This document shows, in pieces, positions 9,046-18,438 of a stretch of 64,000 nucleotides of DNA (the first letter of the stretch is position 1; every line of letters begins with the position of its first letter). Made by a program: the position numbers and the translations under genes. The notes beneath the pieces are model-generated. The model made no database searches, was not told the DNA's origin, and saw only the letters and a program-made list of their open reading frames with translations. The DNA lies in IMG/VR virus record IMGVR_UViG_3300025697_000013, positions 1 to 64,000 of that record; one strand, 5' to 3'. Source of the DNA: a virus.

Positions 9046-9231
9046 TTAGCCCGCCATCTCAACGCGCTGGCTCCACTCCTGAACGATCGCTAAGCCGCCA
9101 TCTCTGCCGACGCTCACGCGGGACTCTGACAGCATCTCTTTGCCGACCAGCTTGCCGCCGCGGTTATGGGCGATCCAGAGGCGGTTGCTCAGCTCGGTCT
9201 GCGAATGCGCTCTCACTGTGATTGTTCTCAT
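9046..9231 (-). CDS. hypothetical protein
   Basis: GGAGG RBS, first gene after promoter 9283-9310. Confidence 0.55.
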   Translation of the reverse strand: MRTITVRAHSQTELSNRLWIAHNRGGKLVGKEMLSESRVSVGRDGGLAIVQEWSQRVEMAG

Positions 9232-9282
9232 GGCGTCCTCCGGGTTGGTCTTGCTGGTTGTTGTTCCCTTCTTCATGTCCAC

Positions 9283-9310
9283 ATCATAGCAAACCCTGCG
9301 TCCTTGTCAA
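9283..9310 (-). promoter_or_regulatory. near-consensus sigma70-like promoter (TTGACA-16-TATGAT with TGn extension)
   Basis: Near-consensus -35 and extended -10. Confidence 0.7.
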
Positions 9311-9319
9311 CACTTTTTT

Positions 9320-9334
9320 TCGACGATACGTCGA
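9320..9334. promoter_or_regulatory. operator TCGACG-ATA-CGTCGA
   Basis: Perfect copy, T-tract flanks, next to -35. Confidence 0.75.
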
Positions 9335-9443
9335 TTTATTTTTTCACCACCAGCGCTTGCATTTCCTCGCCGGATCGTCTACAGGTAGACCACGGACGGA
9401 CGGCCAAGGTGGTCGTCGCAACGTCGAACGAAGGAGGTAGAGG

Positions 9444-9824
9444 ATGAGACACGGAAGGATTCTGATGCTCGCGGTCATAGCCCTGGCTCTCTGCGGGTGC
9501 AAGGCAACGATCGACTACAGCCGTCTGGCCAGCTCGGTCACTGCGGCCCTGCCCATAGCGGAGGACTACGCGGTGGACGGCTGCCAGCAGATCACGATCG
9601 CCCCTGCGATCACGGTCAACTGGGAGAGCGACGGGGAGGGTGACGGGATGCCGAAGCCGCGGCCCACCTTCGGGGGTGGGGTTTTCATCGGATGTCTGGC
9701 ACAAGGTGAGCTGATCGAGTTCCAGTGCCACGAGGCCAAAACCGATGACGAGAAGGCGTGGTGCGAGAAGCTCCGGCTGTGGGTCCTCAAGATGAGCGGA
9801 GAGCCAACCACACCCACCGAGTAG
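9444..9824 (+). CDS. lipoprotein
   Basis: Basic N-terminus, hydrophobic core, lipobox-like LCGC. Confidence 0.7.
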   Translation: MRHGRILMLAVIALALCGCKATIDYSRLASSVTAALPIAEDYAVDGCQQITIAPAITVNWESDGEGDGMPKPRPTFGGGVFIGCLAQGELIEFQCHEAKTDDEKAWCEKLRLWVLKMSGEPTTPTE

Positions 9825-10089
9825 CCCGCCTCAGATCTCCCGCACTAGAAAGATCCCCACGTCCCACCCCAATCGCTGAAAGCTCCGCACCAGGTAGATC
9901 GGCTCGCAGACCATGGTGTAACTCCTGGGCCCGGGACCGCGCAGACGCTTCGACTGCGGCTGCCATGCTCTCGAAGGCTTTCACCTGGGCCTCCACCAGA
10001 AGCGGCGCAGCGTCCCGCAGACCATCAGCCACGGCGCGCAGGCGCTCTGCCAGCCTCAAACCCTGCGGTTGTTTCCAGGTCGCCATTAT

Positions 10090-11337
10090 CTAGTCTGCCT
10101 TGAGGACAACGAAATCCTCGTAGTCGGCCGAATTCGGCGCTGCCGGATGGACACTCATAGTTGGATCCGGGCCGTTCGTACTTACCCATGAAGTACAGAC
10201 ACCAGTAACGATAGCGCGTGCTCGATTGTAGACATAAGGACGCACAACGGTAAGCCACGGTAGTAATTCATGGGCACCGATGTCCCAGCCGGCACCCTGG
10301 GGTCTTGGTGTCTTTACAATATCGTCGTCCACTATTCCAGCTAGATTTCTCCCGTTGTCTATTAGGGGAGATCCTAGTAAGAAAGTGAAGTCGTTGTTCG
10401 GGGCATCGATGAACTGCGGATCCCCAAACTGGCTGTTGACCGCCGCTGTATAGAGAGCAGAGTCAACGCCGTTGTCGAAGAACAGGTTGTTTGAGGGCGC
10501 ATTGGGAGGAGGTATGTGTCCTACCCCGCCTCCGAAAATTCCAGTACCGCAATTGACAAAAGCGTTGTTATCAAGAACATTGAAGCCGTCGTCTGGTCCA
10601 AGCTGCACGCCTCTGACACAGTTGTAGAACGTATTGTTGAGCACCCCGCCAGTCTTACAGAAACGATCCTCGTCGATGCCATAGCTCAATCCGGCGAAAA
10701 TACAATTGCGGACAGTTCCACTACGCAGGGTGGTTATGCCTTTACCGGGATTGACGCCATCGCCAATGAACCTACAACGCTCTGCTAAGTGCGTGGTTTC
10801 ATAAAAGCTGTATAGCCCGTGCCCCGACTCCAGCAAGAACGTGCTATCTTTGGCGGTGAAATTAATCAAAACATTGCCCGGATAAATCCCATGGCCCGTC
10901 CCGGTACAAGTAAATGTACACCCCTGTGCAACCCATCCATCAGCGACTCCTACACCTCGACGGATTCCATAATCGCCAGTAGCAACGGCGAAGTCGCAGT
11001 CGTCGATAACGCCATCGTTACACGCCTGGATCGTGAGATACCACTCGACCGTTTCGCCTCCAAGATCAAACTTCAATCCCTGAAAAAGCGACGTATCGGA
11101 TTCGATCGTCCATATCTGCGTAAGCGCACCGTTGGGTCTGACCGTGATCAGTCCCTCGTCACCGGGAGCTGGCTTGATTGTCAGCCAATCCAGTAGCATA
11201 TGCGTGTGTGGCTCGTCGAAGTTGGTCGGGGCACCCGCTGTAGCGTGGTAAATCAACGTGTCCCCTGCGCCAGAGGCCGCGTATGCCGCCGCTGCCGTGG
11301 CGAAGGGGTGTCCAAAACCAATGTGCCGATCTGCCAT
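10090..11337 (-). CDS. parallel beta-helix (pectin-lyase-like) protein, possible tailspike/adhesin
   Basis: PbH1-like repeats (NCIF, NNTF, NNAF) and C-terminal DPQF...DF...GSPLIDNG...RPQG.GWDIGAHE; more AT-rich than flanks. Confidence 0.7.
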   Translation of the reverse strand: MADRHIGFGHPFATAAAAYAASGAGDTLIYHATAGAPTNFDEPHTHMLLDWLTIKPAPGDEGLITVRPNGALTQIWTIESDTSLFQGLKFDLGGETVEWYLTIQACNDGVIDDCDFAVATGDYGIRRGVGVADGWVAQGCTFTCTGTGHGIYPGNVLINFTAKDSTFLLESGHGLYSFYETTHLAERCRFIGDGVNPGKGITTLRSGTVRNCIFAGLSYGIDEDRFCKTGGVLNNTFYNCVRGVQLGPDDGFNVLDNNAFVNCGTGIFGGGVGHIPPPNAPSNNLFFDNGVDSALYTAAVNSQFGDPQFIDAPNNDFTFLLGSPLIDNGRNLAGIVDDDIVKTPRPQGAGWDIGAHELLPWLTVVRPYVYNRARAIVTGVCTSWVSTNGPDPTMSVHPAAPNSADYEDFVVLKAD

Positions 11338-11340
11338 TGA

Positions 11341-12639
11341 TCAACTCCTCACCAGTTCGACGGAACCGAAGTGGGCGGTATCAATGTCCTGGGCTCCGCT
11401 CTCGATCTCCAGACGCCCCTCATAGATTTTCGCCGTGTCCTGGAGATTTCCGGCCGCGGCCCCTACTGTCAACGCGCCAGAGGTAGCCAGCGTTGCGCTC
11501 GTCGCCGTAGTGGTCACGTCAGCGCCGGTCACGTACTCCCCGTCTGTGAGGTTGTAAAACCGTGCATGGGCCGTGAGGGGTGCCGTAGGACCTGACACCC
11601 ACCCCACCATGCGGAACGTCCATGCCCCGGACGCGTAGCCCCCCGCGTCGAGGACGAACTGCCCATGTGCCAGCGGAACCCCGACGTCGTGTGAAATCGT
11701 CTGCCCCGCCGCCAGGCGGAACACCAAAACCCCACCTAGGACGGAGGGCTTGTCGGTGATCCCGGCCCATGGGGCGGCGGCTGCCGTCGCTGCGTTCGTG
11801 GCATTCGCAACGGCCGTGTCGATGTCTCCGCCGTCGTGGTGGTGTCCCACCGCGGACGCCCCGATATCGCCCGGTGCCATAGCATCAGGCTGCCCCGTCG
11901 CGTGTGTACCAGCGTGCGCCGTCGGTGTCCGGGCGTCGGAGTTACGGGCGTCGGCGTCGGTGACGTATTTGTTCGCTGCATCCGGGCTTCCGCTGGTGCC
12001 GGCGAGTGCTGCCTTCTCGTCCGCGGTGGGGAGGGTCGCATGGGTATGCGCCGCTGTCGCTGCGCCGATGTCGCCGGCTGCTATCGCGTCCGGTTGCCCC
12101 GTGGCGTGCGTTCCCGCATGGACCGCAGGTGTCCGGGCGTCGGAGTTCCTCGCATCTGCGTCAGTGACGTACTTGTTCCCCGCCCCGGGGGTGCCTGATG
12201 TGCCTGGAAGGGCTGCCTTCTCTCCCGCTGTGGGGATGTTGCCATGCGCGTATGTGCCCTCATGCGCTCCCACGGCCGCCGCCGCCTCTCCCGATTGATC
12301 ATACGCGGCGGGCAACGCGCCGCCCAACTTGGCCGCGTCGTCGGCGTTGGCTGCTGTGGTTGCATGGTCCGCTGCGTCCACCCGCCCGTCGTCGTTCGCG
12401 TCGTAGACCGACTTCGTCATGTCCCCGAATGCGCCACCCGTGACATCCTCGAAGGTCAGGTTGTTGCCGCGGACCACCGGGACCTTGCCTTCGCCGAAGC
12501 TCGCGTCGTCGAAGAACAGCCCGGTGATGGCCTCCCAGAAGAGCCGGAGCCCCTCGACGTAGCGATCCTCCTTCGGCAGGTCTGCAAGCTCTGTCAGGTA
12601 TCCCTGGATGGCGGTTGGAATGCGTCCAATAAAGCTCAT
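11341..12639 (-). CDS. tail fibre-like virion protein with internal repeats
   Basis: GDMTKSVYD..DDGRVD motif, His-containing fibre-type repeats, beta-rich C-terminus. Confidence 0.65.
   Translation of the reverse strand: MSFIGRIPTAIQGYLTELADLPKEDRYVEGLRLFWEAITGLFFDDASFGEGKVPVVRGNNLTFEDVTGGAFGDMTKSVYDANDDGRVDAADHATTAANADDAAKLGGALPAAYDQSGEAAAAVGAHEGTYAHGNIPTAGEKAALPGTSGTPGAGNKYVTDADARNSDARTPAVHAGTHATGQPDAIAAGDIGAATAAHTHATLPTADEKAALAGTSGSPDAANKYVTDADARNSDARTPTAHAGTHATGQPDAMAPGDIGASAVGHHHDGGDIDTAVANATNAATAAAAPWAGITDKPSVLGGVLVFRLAAGQTISHDVGVPLAHGQFVLDAGGYASGAWTFRMVGWVSGPTAPLTAHARFYNLTDGEYVTGADVTTTATSATLATSGALTVGAAAGNLQDTAKIYEGRLEIESGAQDIDTAHFGSVELVRS
11836..12234 (-). repeat. two tandem ~204-bp (68-aa) intragenic repeats
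   Basis: PTA.EKAAL.GTSG.P...NKYVTDADARNSDARTP..HAGTHATGQPDA...GDIGA x2. Confidence 0.85.
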
Positions 12640-13193
12640 GGGCAGTTCTCCCCCTCTCAGGAGTCTAGGGGTATCACGCTCGCAGAGTTTGCGTCAACCA
12701 CGGAGGTCCTCCCGGTATCGTCTCCCGCTGAGTGGATCCACCCACACACCGGGAACTAAATCTGGATTCGATGGCCTATGGATCGCTCCGGTCACGTAGG
12801 GAGAATTCATAATGCTGGGGCGCGGACACTTCTGCTTGGGGAGCTGATCCTCCTTGGGAGGACACCCCTGACCACGATGCTTCCCCCGTGTGGGCTTCTT
12901 TGGCTTGGGGTGGGGCGGTGCCCCCTTCCCCGCGACAAGGCAACCAGGGGCTGCCTGTGCGAGTAGATCGAACATCTTTGTCCTCCCTGGTCGCGCTCAT
13001 TGTATCGATGGAGATCGGAGGACACAAGGGGTAGGGAGGAGCGGGGCACGCCGAAGGCAGTGCCAACAACCAGGAAAGGAGGATCCCTCTGAGAAGCACC
13101 CCGCCCTCTCTACGAGGTCAGTGTATCAGCCGGGAGCCTGGATTCAAGGAGTTTGAAAGGGTGGCAGGCGCCGGGACCGGGGGGACGTCAAGG

Positions 13194-13526
13194 TCAGGAG
13201 GTGGGGATCGCGTCCCGGCAGTCGTCGCAGAGCCCGTCGACCAGGTCATCCCTGTGAAACCCTACCCCGCAGCCGGCACAGGCGACGATCCTGGACCGGA
13301 CCTCCCGGGCCGCAGCGAGGACCGCGTTCCTGCCGGCAGAGCAGGATATCGTTCGGACCCGGGCGTCCTCGAGGACCAACTCCGGAGCTGCCGCGTGGAC
13401 CTTCGCCAGTGCGTCCACCAACCCGCAAGCGCGGACGCGGACCACGATCTCCACGGAGAGCGCGTCTGGGTGCTCTGGCTTCCTGAGTGCGGCAGACACC
13501 GTGTAGATTTCTGGGTTCTTGACCAT
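13194..13526 (-). CDS. hypothetical protein with C-terminal CxxC..CxxC
   Basis: CAGC...CDDC. Confidence 0.5.
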   Translation of the reverse strand: MVKNPEIYTVSAALRKPEHPDALSVEIVVRVRACGLVDALAKVHAAAPELVLEDARVRTISCSAGRNAVLAAAREVRSRIVACAGCGVGFHRDDLVDGLCDDCRDAIPTS

Positions 13527-13621
13527 CACAGTCCCACCATGATCCAGCAACCAACGATCACCGCGGGGATCCCGAAGGCGAGGATGAAGCGGATCATCGT
13601 GGCGTCGTGTGTTCGGTTCAT

Positions 13622-14344
13622 CTAGCCCTCCTCTCTAGGTGGCTGCTTCGCCAGCCACTCCTTGAACTCACGGTCATGGCGATCGAAGTCGACACGGAGC
13701 CGGCGCTCGGCCTCCATCGCATCCGCGGTCAGATAGTCCTGGACGATCCCCCCGTACTTCCTCGAATACAACAGATCCCAGAGGACCCGAACCACCATGA
13801 CGCAGTCGGCGCTCCCCTTCTGAGGCTTCCCGTCGTCGGCAACGTTCTGGAGGTCGCTGCAATCGATCCCGAGCTTCGTGCAGATGTTCGGAAGCTTGTG
13901 CCTCCCTTTCCCAGGCCAGTAGCCGCAGATCTTCTCGTGCTTGATCAAGGGCCAGGTGTCCAGGATCGGACGGATCGCCACAACCCGCTGCCAGTCCTCC
14001 GCCAACTCCTTGTCCAGCATCGGCACGTCGTAGCCGTAGACGTTCTGGCCGCAGAGCACATCGGCGCTCTCGAGGAAGGCCAGGAAGCGGGGAGCGACTT
14101 CCGTGAGGGGTGGCTTGCCTGCCACCATAGCGTCCGTGATCCCGTTGTGCGCGCTGGCCTCCTCCTCAATCGGGATCCCTGGGTTCACCAACGCAGAGGC
14201 CCGGTAGAGGACCTTCCCGCCCTTGAACTTCACCGCGGCGATCTGGCAGATCCGATCCTTCTCCAGGTCGAGGCCAGTGGTCTCAAGGTCGAATGCGCAG
14301 ATCGTCTTCTTCCACCAGGGCTCTGGTTTGAAGAGGTCAGACAT
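13622..14344 (-). CDS. DnaQ-like (Pol III epsilon) 3'-5' exonuclease
   Basis: FDLETTGLD...DRI.QIA...LVNPG.PI...NGIT; N..GYD. Confidence 0.9.
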   Translation of the reverse strand: MSDLFKPEPWWKKTICAFDLETTGLDLEKDRICQIAAVKFKGGKVLYRASALVNPGIPIEEEASAHNGITDAMVAGKPPLTEVAPRFLAFLESADVLCGQNVYGYDVPMLDKELAEDWQRVVAIRPILDTWPLIKHEKICGYWPGKGRHKLPNICTKLGIDCSDLQNVADDGKPQKGSADCVMVVRVLWDLLYSRKYGGIVQDYLTADAMEAERRLRVDFDRHDREFKEWLAKQPPREEG

Positions 14345-14549
14345 CGGTGGCCTCCGGTGGACCGATACCAATCCGCTTCTTGGCCTCGGCGCGAATCTGT
14401 GCACCAGTCCAGTTGTAAGGGGCCCCGCCATTGGCTTCAGCCTTGGTCAGCAACTCGGAGATAACGTCCATCAGCCGCTCTGCTGTGGGGCGGTCCACTC
14501 CCTCGACATCCATAATCAACTCGACCGGATGCAGTTGCTTCCCGTTCAT
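14337..14549 (-). CDS. hypothetical protein
   Basis: Coupled ORF. Confidence 0.5.
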   Translation of the reverse strand: MNGKQLHPVELIMDVEGVDRPTAERLMDVISELLTKAEANGGAPYNWTGAQIRAEAKKRIGIGPPEATDV

Positions 14550-14878
14550 GACTCAGCCTTCGGGGGCTTCCGGTACTGCACCGCTCCACCGACCTTCTCG
14601 TAGTAGCAGATCAGCTCCACCCCGAGGAAGACCGAGGCCGCCCCGCCGTTGTGGAGCTGGCGCGTCGTGTCCCGGGCGATCGCCTTCGCCTCCGGGATCG
14701 GCACCGCCCTTGTGGTGACCTGGCTCTCGGGGTGCCGGACCGTCCCGTAGAAGACGTGGCCCTTGGGTTTCACCACCCGCAGGCGCTCCACCTTCTTCAG
14801 CCAGCGACGCTTCCGCGGGCTCGGCTGGAATGCAGGGTTGGGGCTCCCGCCCTCCGGGGCCTTTGCTTTCTTGTCCAT
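14546..14878 (-). CDS. basic hypothetical protein
   Basis: AGGAGGT RBS. Confidence 0.55.
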   Translation of the reverse strand: MDKKAKAPEGGSPNPAFQPSPRKRRWLKKVERLRVVKPKGHVFYGTVRHPESQVTTRAVPIPEAKAIARDTTRQLHNGGAASVFLGVELICYYEKVGGAVQYRKPPKAES

Positions 14879-15027
14879 CGTCTACCTCCTCGGCCAGCGG
14901 CCGTTGTCGTTCGTCCAAAGGTGGGGCACCAGGGGAGCGCCGCGATCCAGCAATCCCCCCAGCGCGGGGGTGGGGTAGTTGCGGTGCCCCGGCCGGGTGC
15001 CTCCGCGGTTGTTGTCGACCATCGGCA

Positions 15028-15195
15028 TCAGTCCATCTCGTCCAGCGTGCAGTCGTCGGGGAACTCATCGAACTCAGGAGTCGATTCCCACCGGCGCCGC
15101 GTCACCGGACAGTAGCCACCACCGCTCCCATCGCCATTGGGCTGGAAGTTTGGGCAGCTCGTGCACTCGGTGATGTACAGGACGTAGAGCTTCAT
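15028..15195 (-). CDS. 55-aa Cys-containing protein (not in ORF track)
   Basis: GGAGGT RBS right after the AGGTTGA leader; MKLYVLYITECTSCPNF...YCP...DDCTLDEMD. Confidence 0.6.
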   Translation of the reverse strand: MKLYVLYITECTSCPNFQPNGDGSGGGYCPVTRRRWESTPEFDEFPDDCTLDEMD

Positions 15196-15220
15196 CAATA
15201 CCTCCGGTCAACCTGGGACC

Positions 15221-15273
15221 GTTTTACGATAGGAGGAGGAGGCTGTCAAGAAAAAAGATCGACGGGTCGTCGA
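15221..15273 (-). promoter_or_regulatory. promoter TTGACA-17-TAAAAC plus operator TCGACG-GGT-CGTCGA (15259-15273)
   Basis: 15250-15277 is a perfect 28-bp inverted copy of 1919-1946. Confidence 0.75.
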
Positions 15274-15278
15274 ATTGC

Positions 15279-15764
15279 CTAGAAGGGACTGTCGGGGGGG
15301 TCGACCTTGGTCTTGCTGTCGCCGCTGGGACCAGGCTCCGTGCCGAGGTCCAACCCGGGCTTCTTCGCAGCCGCGGTGGGGGGTACCTGCGCCTCGGGCT
15401 CAGGGGCCGGGTCCTTGGCAGTGTCAGCCTTCCGGGGCTTCATGGGGGCGCTGACGGTCTCAGGCGGCGCCTCGGGTTCCTCTGGCTCCTCGGGGCCGCC
15501 GTTGTTCCCCTCGTCCCCATCGCCACCACCCAGGGAGGTCACCGTCGCGGTGTTTGACATCGTCGAGACGACCTCCACCAGGGCCATGTCCCGTTGGACG
15601 ATGTAGCCGAAGCCTGGGATCTCCGGCTGCTCCCGCGCCCACCGCACAGCGTCCTGGGTGTTCCCTCCCAGATCCGGATGCTCCACCGGGATCCGCGCGC
15701 CGCTCTTGTGTACCAACATCACAACCAGCTTTCCGAAATTCTTGGCCACTTTGCACCTCCTCAT
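15279..15764 (-). CDS. hypothetical protein with low-complexity C-terminal tail
   Basis: Globular N-half, Pro/Glu-rich tail ending DPPDSPF; start uncertain. Confidence 0.6.
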   Translation of the reverse strand: MRRCKVAKNFGKLVVMLVHKSGARIPVEHPDLGGNTQDAVRWAREQPEIPGFGYIVQRDMALVEVVSTMSNTATVTSLGGGDGDEGNNGGPEEPEEPEAPPETVSAPMKPRKADTAKDPAPEPEAQVPPTAAAKKPGLDLGTEPGPSGDSKTKVDPPDSPF

Positions 15765-15766
15765 GT

Positions 15767-16729
15767 TTACTTAGCCATCAACGAGGCGGGGCCCACCGGG
15801 ACCTCGCGGATACGCTTGCCGTCGAGGGTGTCCTTCCCCTCACCATCGGGGGCCTTCCCATTCCCCCACTGCTTGAACCACATGGGGACCCCGGCCGCCC
15901 CGCAGACCTCCCGGATGCTTCGCACCCAGCCGGGCTCTATCGGCCGCAGGCTCCCCGTCTCTCCGCCCACCAGGATCCAGTCGATCGACGGGGCTTGCCG
16001 GAACTCGCTGTCCCTCGGGTGCCCCACCGTCCGGACGCCGCGCACGTTGATCTTCGGGAAGAGTGCGTGCGCCAAGATCACGGGCTCGATCTCTCTGAGC
16101 AAGGGCTCCAGCGACAAGACGCGGTGAGCCACCTCCGTGTCATTCAGGAACCGTCCCCGCTCATTCAGGGTCGCTGCATTTTCCGCCGATGTTCCGAGCC
16201 AGAGATTAGGGAGCGGGAACCGGATGCGTCTCATCCTCTCGCCGCAGGAATGCGAGCAGGGCTGCTCTTCGCGAAGCCCCGCAGACCACGAATCCAGTCC
16301 ACCGCAGTGCATGCAGATCCCGAGGACATCGCCGTATTGCTCCCGCATCTCCCGTTCTTGGTCCACCAGCGAATTCAGGAAGTCACGAGCTCGCTGGATC
16401 CGTTTCGTGAGGATGATGAACGTGTGCTGCGGGCACGCGGCGATCACCGCGAGGACCCGACGAAGCACCGCGTCGGGGACGTCCCGGTGGAAGGGATCCC
16501 CCATGCTCGGTGCGAAGTACACCGTGGGCTTCTTGCGATCGAGCGGTGCAAGGATCTTCCCCTCCTCGATCACCACCGAGAACTGGTCGGGCTTGGGCGG
16601 ATACCCCACGCGCCCCTGTAGGCGATGGGCCATCTTCTTCGCGTAACAGAATTTGCAACCGTCCGAGACCTGAGTGCAACCGTGCATCCAGTTCCAAGAA
16701 TGCTTCCACCACTCGCTTCCTTCAGGCAT
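15767..16729 (-). CDS. second DUF5131 / Gp37Gp68 family protein
   Basis: WN..HGCTQVSDGCKFCYA, MGDPFH, ILTKR, NLWLGTSAEN, SLEPLL, DWILVGGETG, WFKQWG. Confidence 0.9.
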   Translation of the reverse strand: MPEGSEWWKHSWNWMHGCTQVSDGCKFCYAKKMAHRLQGRVGYPPKPDQFSVVIEEGKILAPLDRKKPTVYFAPSMGDPFHRDVPDAVLRRVLAVIAACPQHTFIILTKRIQRARDFLNSLVDQEREMREQYGDVLGICMHCGGLDSWSAGLREEQPCSHSCGERMRRIRFPLPNLWLGTSAENAATLNERGRFLNDTEVAHRVLSLEPLLREIEPVILAHALFPKINVRGVRTVGHPRDSEFRQAPSIDWILVGGETGSLRPIEPGWVRSIREVCGAAGVPMWFKQWGNGKAPDGEGKDTLDGKRIREVPVGPASLMAK

Positions 16730-16741
16730 CGTCTCCTCCTC

Positions 16742-17068
16742 TCAATCGTCCTCGTGGTTCACCAACGTCTTGCGACCAGCTTCCCGCTCGAGGACCGTGT
16801 CAACCTCACCCTGGACCGTAGCCAAGGCGATCTGCCCCAACCACTGCGGGATCACGATCTCGCTCCCCTCCAACTGATCCAGGACCATCTCCACAACTGA
16901 CCGGCGCCGCTTCGCTAGGACATCCCCATCCACGAATGCGCCGGGCTCACCGTTCTGGTACGCGCCTGCCTCGTAGAACGCTCGATCAAGCTGCGCCCCG
17001 AACTCGGTGACCCACGCTTGGGCCCGGTCCCTGGCAACGTCTTTGACCGTGCGGGTCGGGGTGGTCAT
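16742..17068 (-). CDS. hypothetical protein
   Basis: ATGA overlap with MTase. Confidence 0.55.
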   Translation of the reverse strand: MTTPTRTVKDVARDRAQAWVTEFGAQLDRAFYEAGAYQNGEPGAFVDGDVLAKRRRSVVEMVLDQLEGSEIVIPQWLGQIALATVQGEVDTVLEREAGRKTLVNHEDD

Positions 17069-17751
17069 GGCGCGCACACCTCCCGCAATCGTCCCTCAGC
17101 CATCTGCACCGCACCCTCCTTCGCATCCACCCCGTGGAAGCGCCGGCCCTGCCGCACCACGGCCTCCCCGAACGCACCCGACCCCATGAACGGGTCCAGG
17201 ACCAGCTCGCCCTCCTGCGTGCTCTGGCGCACCAGGAGCTCGCCGAACCCGACGGGCTTCTCCGTGGGGTAGCCACCGCGCACCCGCTTCCATGCCTGGA
17301 CGTTGGGCTCCCCCAGGTCCGCGATCCGCCGCTTTCCCTTCTCGAGGAACATCACCATCTCGTACCTGGATCGGTAGTGGTAGCCCATCCCCATCACCAT
17401 CTTGTCCCAGATGATCGGGGTCCAGACGGTGAAGCCCGCCGCCTCGGCCGCCGTGGCCACGCACCGCCAGCCAGTCTCCCAGTCGCAGAAGACGTAGCAG
17501 TGTCGGTCCCGCTTCAAAATGCGGTAGAGGTGCAGGATAACCTCGGCGAGCTGCTCGTTCGAAATCACGTCGAACCACTCGCCGTTCTTGAGCCGGGTCG
17601 TGGTACCCTTCGCTCGGTGCTTCTCCATGCTCTCGTAGGGGGGATCGGTCAAGATCAAATCGTAGTGATCATCGGGAGCCCACTGCAACCACTCGAAGAC
17701 GTCCTGACAGAAGAGCCGGAAGCCTGGGCCGATGCAAGTGGGCGTAATCAT
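17065..17751 (-). CDS. N6-adenine/N4-cytosine DNA methyltransferase (beta class)
   Basis: TDPPY; PTEKP; VLDPFMGSG. Confidence 0.9.
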   Translation of the reverse strand: MITPTCIGPGFRLFCQDVFEWLQWAPDDHYDLILTDPPYESMEKHRAKGTTTRLKNGEWFDVISNEQLAEVILHLYRILKRDRHCYVFCDWETGWRCVATAAEAAGFTVWTPIIWDKMVMGMGYHYRSRYEMVMFLEKGKRRIADLGEPNVQAWKRVRGGYPTEKPVGFGELLVRQSTQEGELVLDPFMGSGAFGEAVVRQGRRFHGVDAKEGAVQMAEGRLREVCAP

Positions 17752-17754
17752 TGG

Positions 17755-18198
17755 CTAGAAGGGAAAGCTCTCGTCATCTTTGCTTCCACCGCCATCGCCG
17801 GAGTTGCCAGCCGGGGCCTCGCCATCGCCACCGCCGTCCTGGGATCCACCGCCCTGTCCGCGGCCGCCCTGCTTGTCGAGGAAGACGACGATGAAGGCGT
17901 TGACCTCGCTTGTGTAACGGTCATTGTCATCGCGGTCCTTCCACTTCCGGGTCTGCATCTTCCCCTCGACATAGACCAGGCTGCCCTTCTGGAGATACTG
18001 GTTGCAGCGCTCAGCGAGCTTGCCCCATACCACGATGTTGTGCCACTCGGTCTTGCTTTGCCACTCGTCGCCCTGCTTGTATCGCTCGTTAGTGGCGACC
18101 GAGAAGTTGCACACCGCCGCTCCGGAGGGGATGTTGCGGAGGTCTGGGTCCTTGCCAAGGTTCCCAACAATGGTAGCCTTATTGACGCTTCCTGCCAT
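17755..18198 (-). CDS. ssb: single-stranded DNA-binding protein
   Basis: SVNKA.IVGNLGKDP, TEWHNIVVWGKLAE, KGSLVYVEG, acidic tail DDESFPF. Confidence 0.95.
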   Translation of the reverse strand: MAGSVNKATIVGNLGKDPDLRNIPSGAAVCNFSVATNERYKQGDEWQSKTEWHNIVVWGKLAERCNQYLQKGSLVYVEGKMQTRKWKDRDDNDRYTSEVNAFIVVFLDKQGGRGQGGGSQDGGGDGEAPAGNSGDGGGSKDDESFPF

Positions 18199-18272
18199 GG
18201 TTCGCTCCTGCTGTAGTGGGATGAATTGGTGAAGGTACCGCCCCCGTCAACCATCCGTTCAACCTGTGGACC

Positions 18273-18301
18273 GTTCTACGATACGTCGATACGCGTGTCA
18301 A
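18273..18301 (-). promoter_or_regulatory. ssb promoter TTGACA-17-TAGAAC with operator variant TCTACG-ATA-CGTCGA (18275-18289) overlapping spacer and -10
   Basis: Consensus -35; followed by GGTCCAC-AGGTTGA. Confidence 0.7.
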
Positions 18302-18407
18302 GGAAAAGATCCACTGGCTATAGAATCCAGACACACCGCTGCGCTGGTTTTGAAGCCTGCACAGCAGCGAGGTTGAACGAAGATGACCGAGGAGGTCACT
18401 CCGAGAC
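18302..18407 (-). ncRNA. candidate antisense small RNA (~105 nt)
   Basis: Own promoter TTGACA(18437-18442)-17-TACCTT; hairpins TGACC-TCCTC-GGTCA and CGCTGC...GCAGCG; complementary to several phage leaders. Confidence 0.5.
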
Positions 18408-18438
18408 AGACTGAAGGTAGCCGAGGTCTGCTGGGTTG

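Noticed and set aside
12694-13099. CDS calls for overlapping ORFs 12694-12975 and 12776-13099
   Set aside because: Low-complexity, mutually overlapping frames; I could not decide which, if any, is real.
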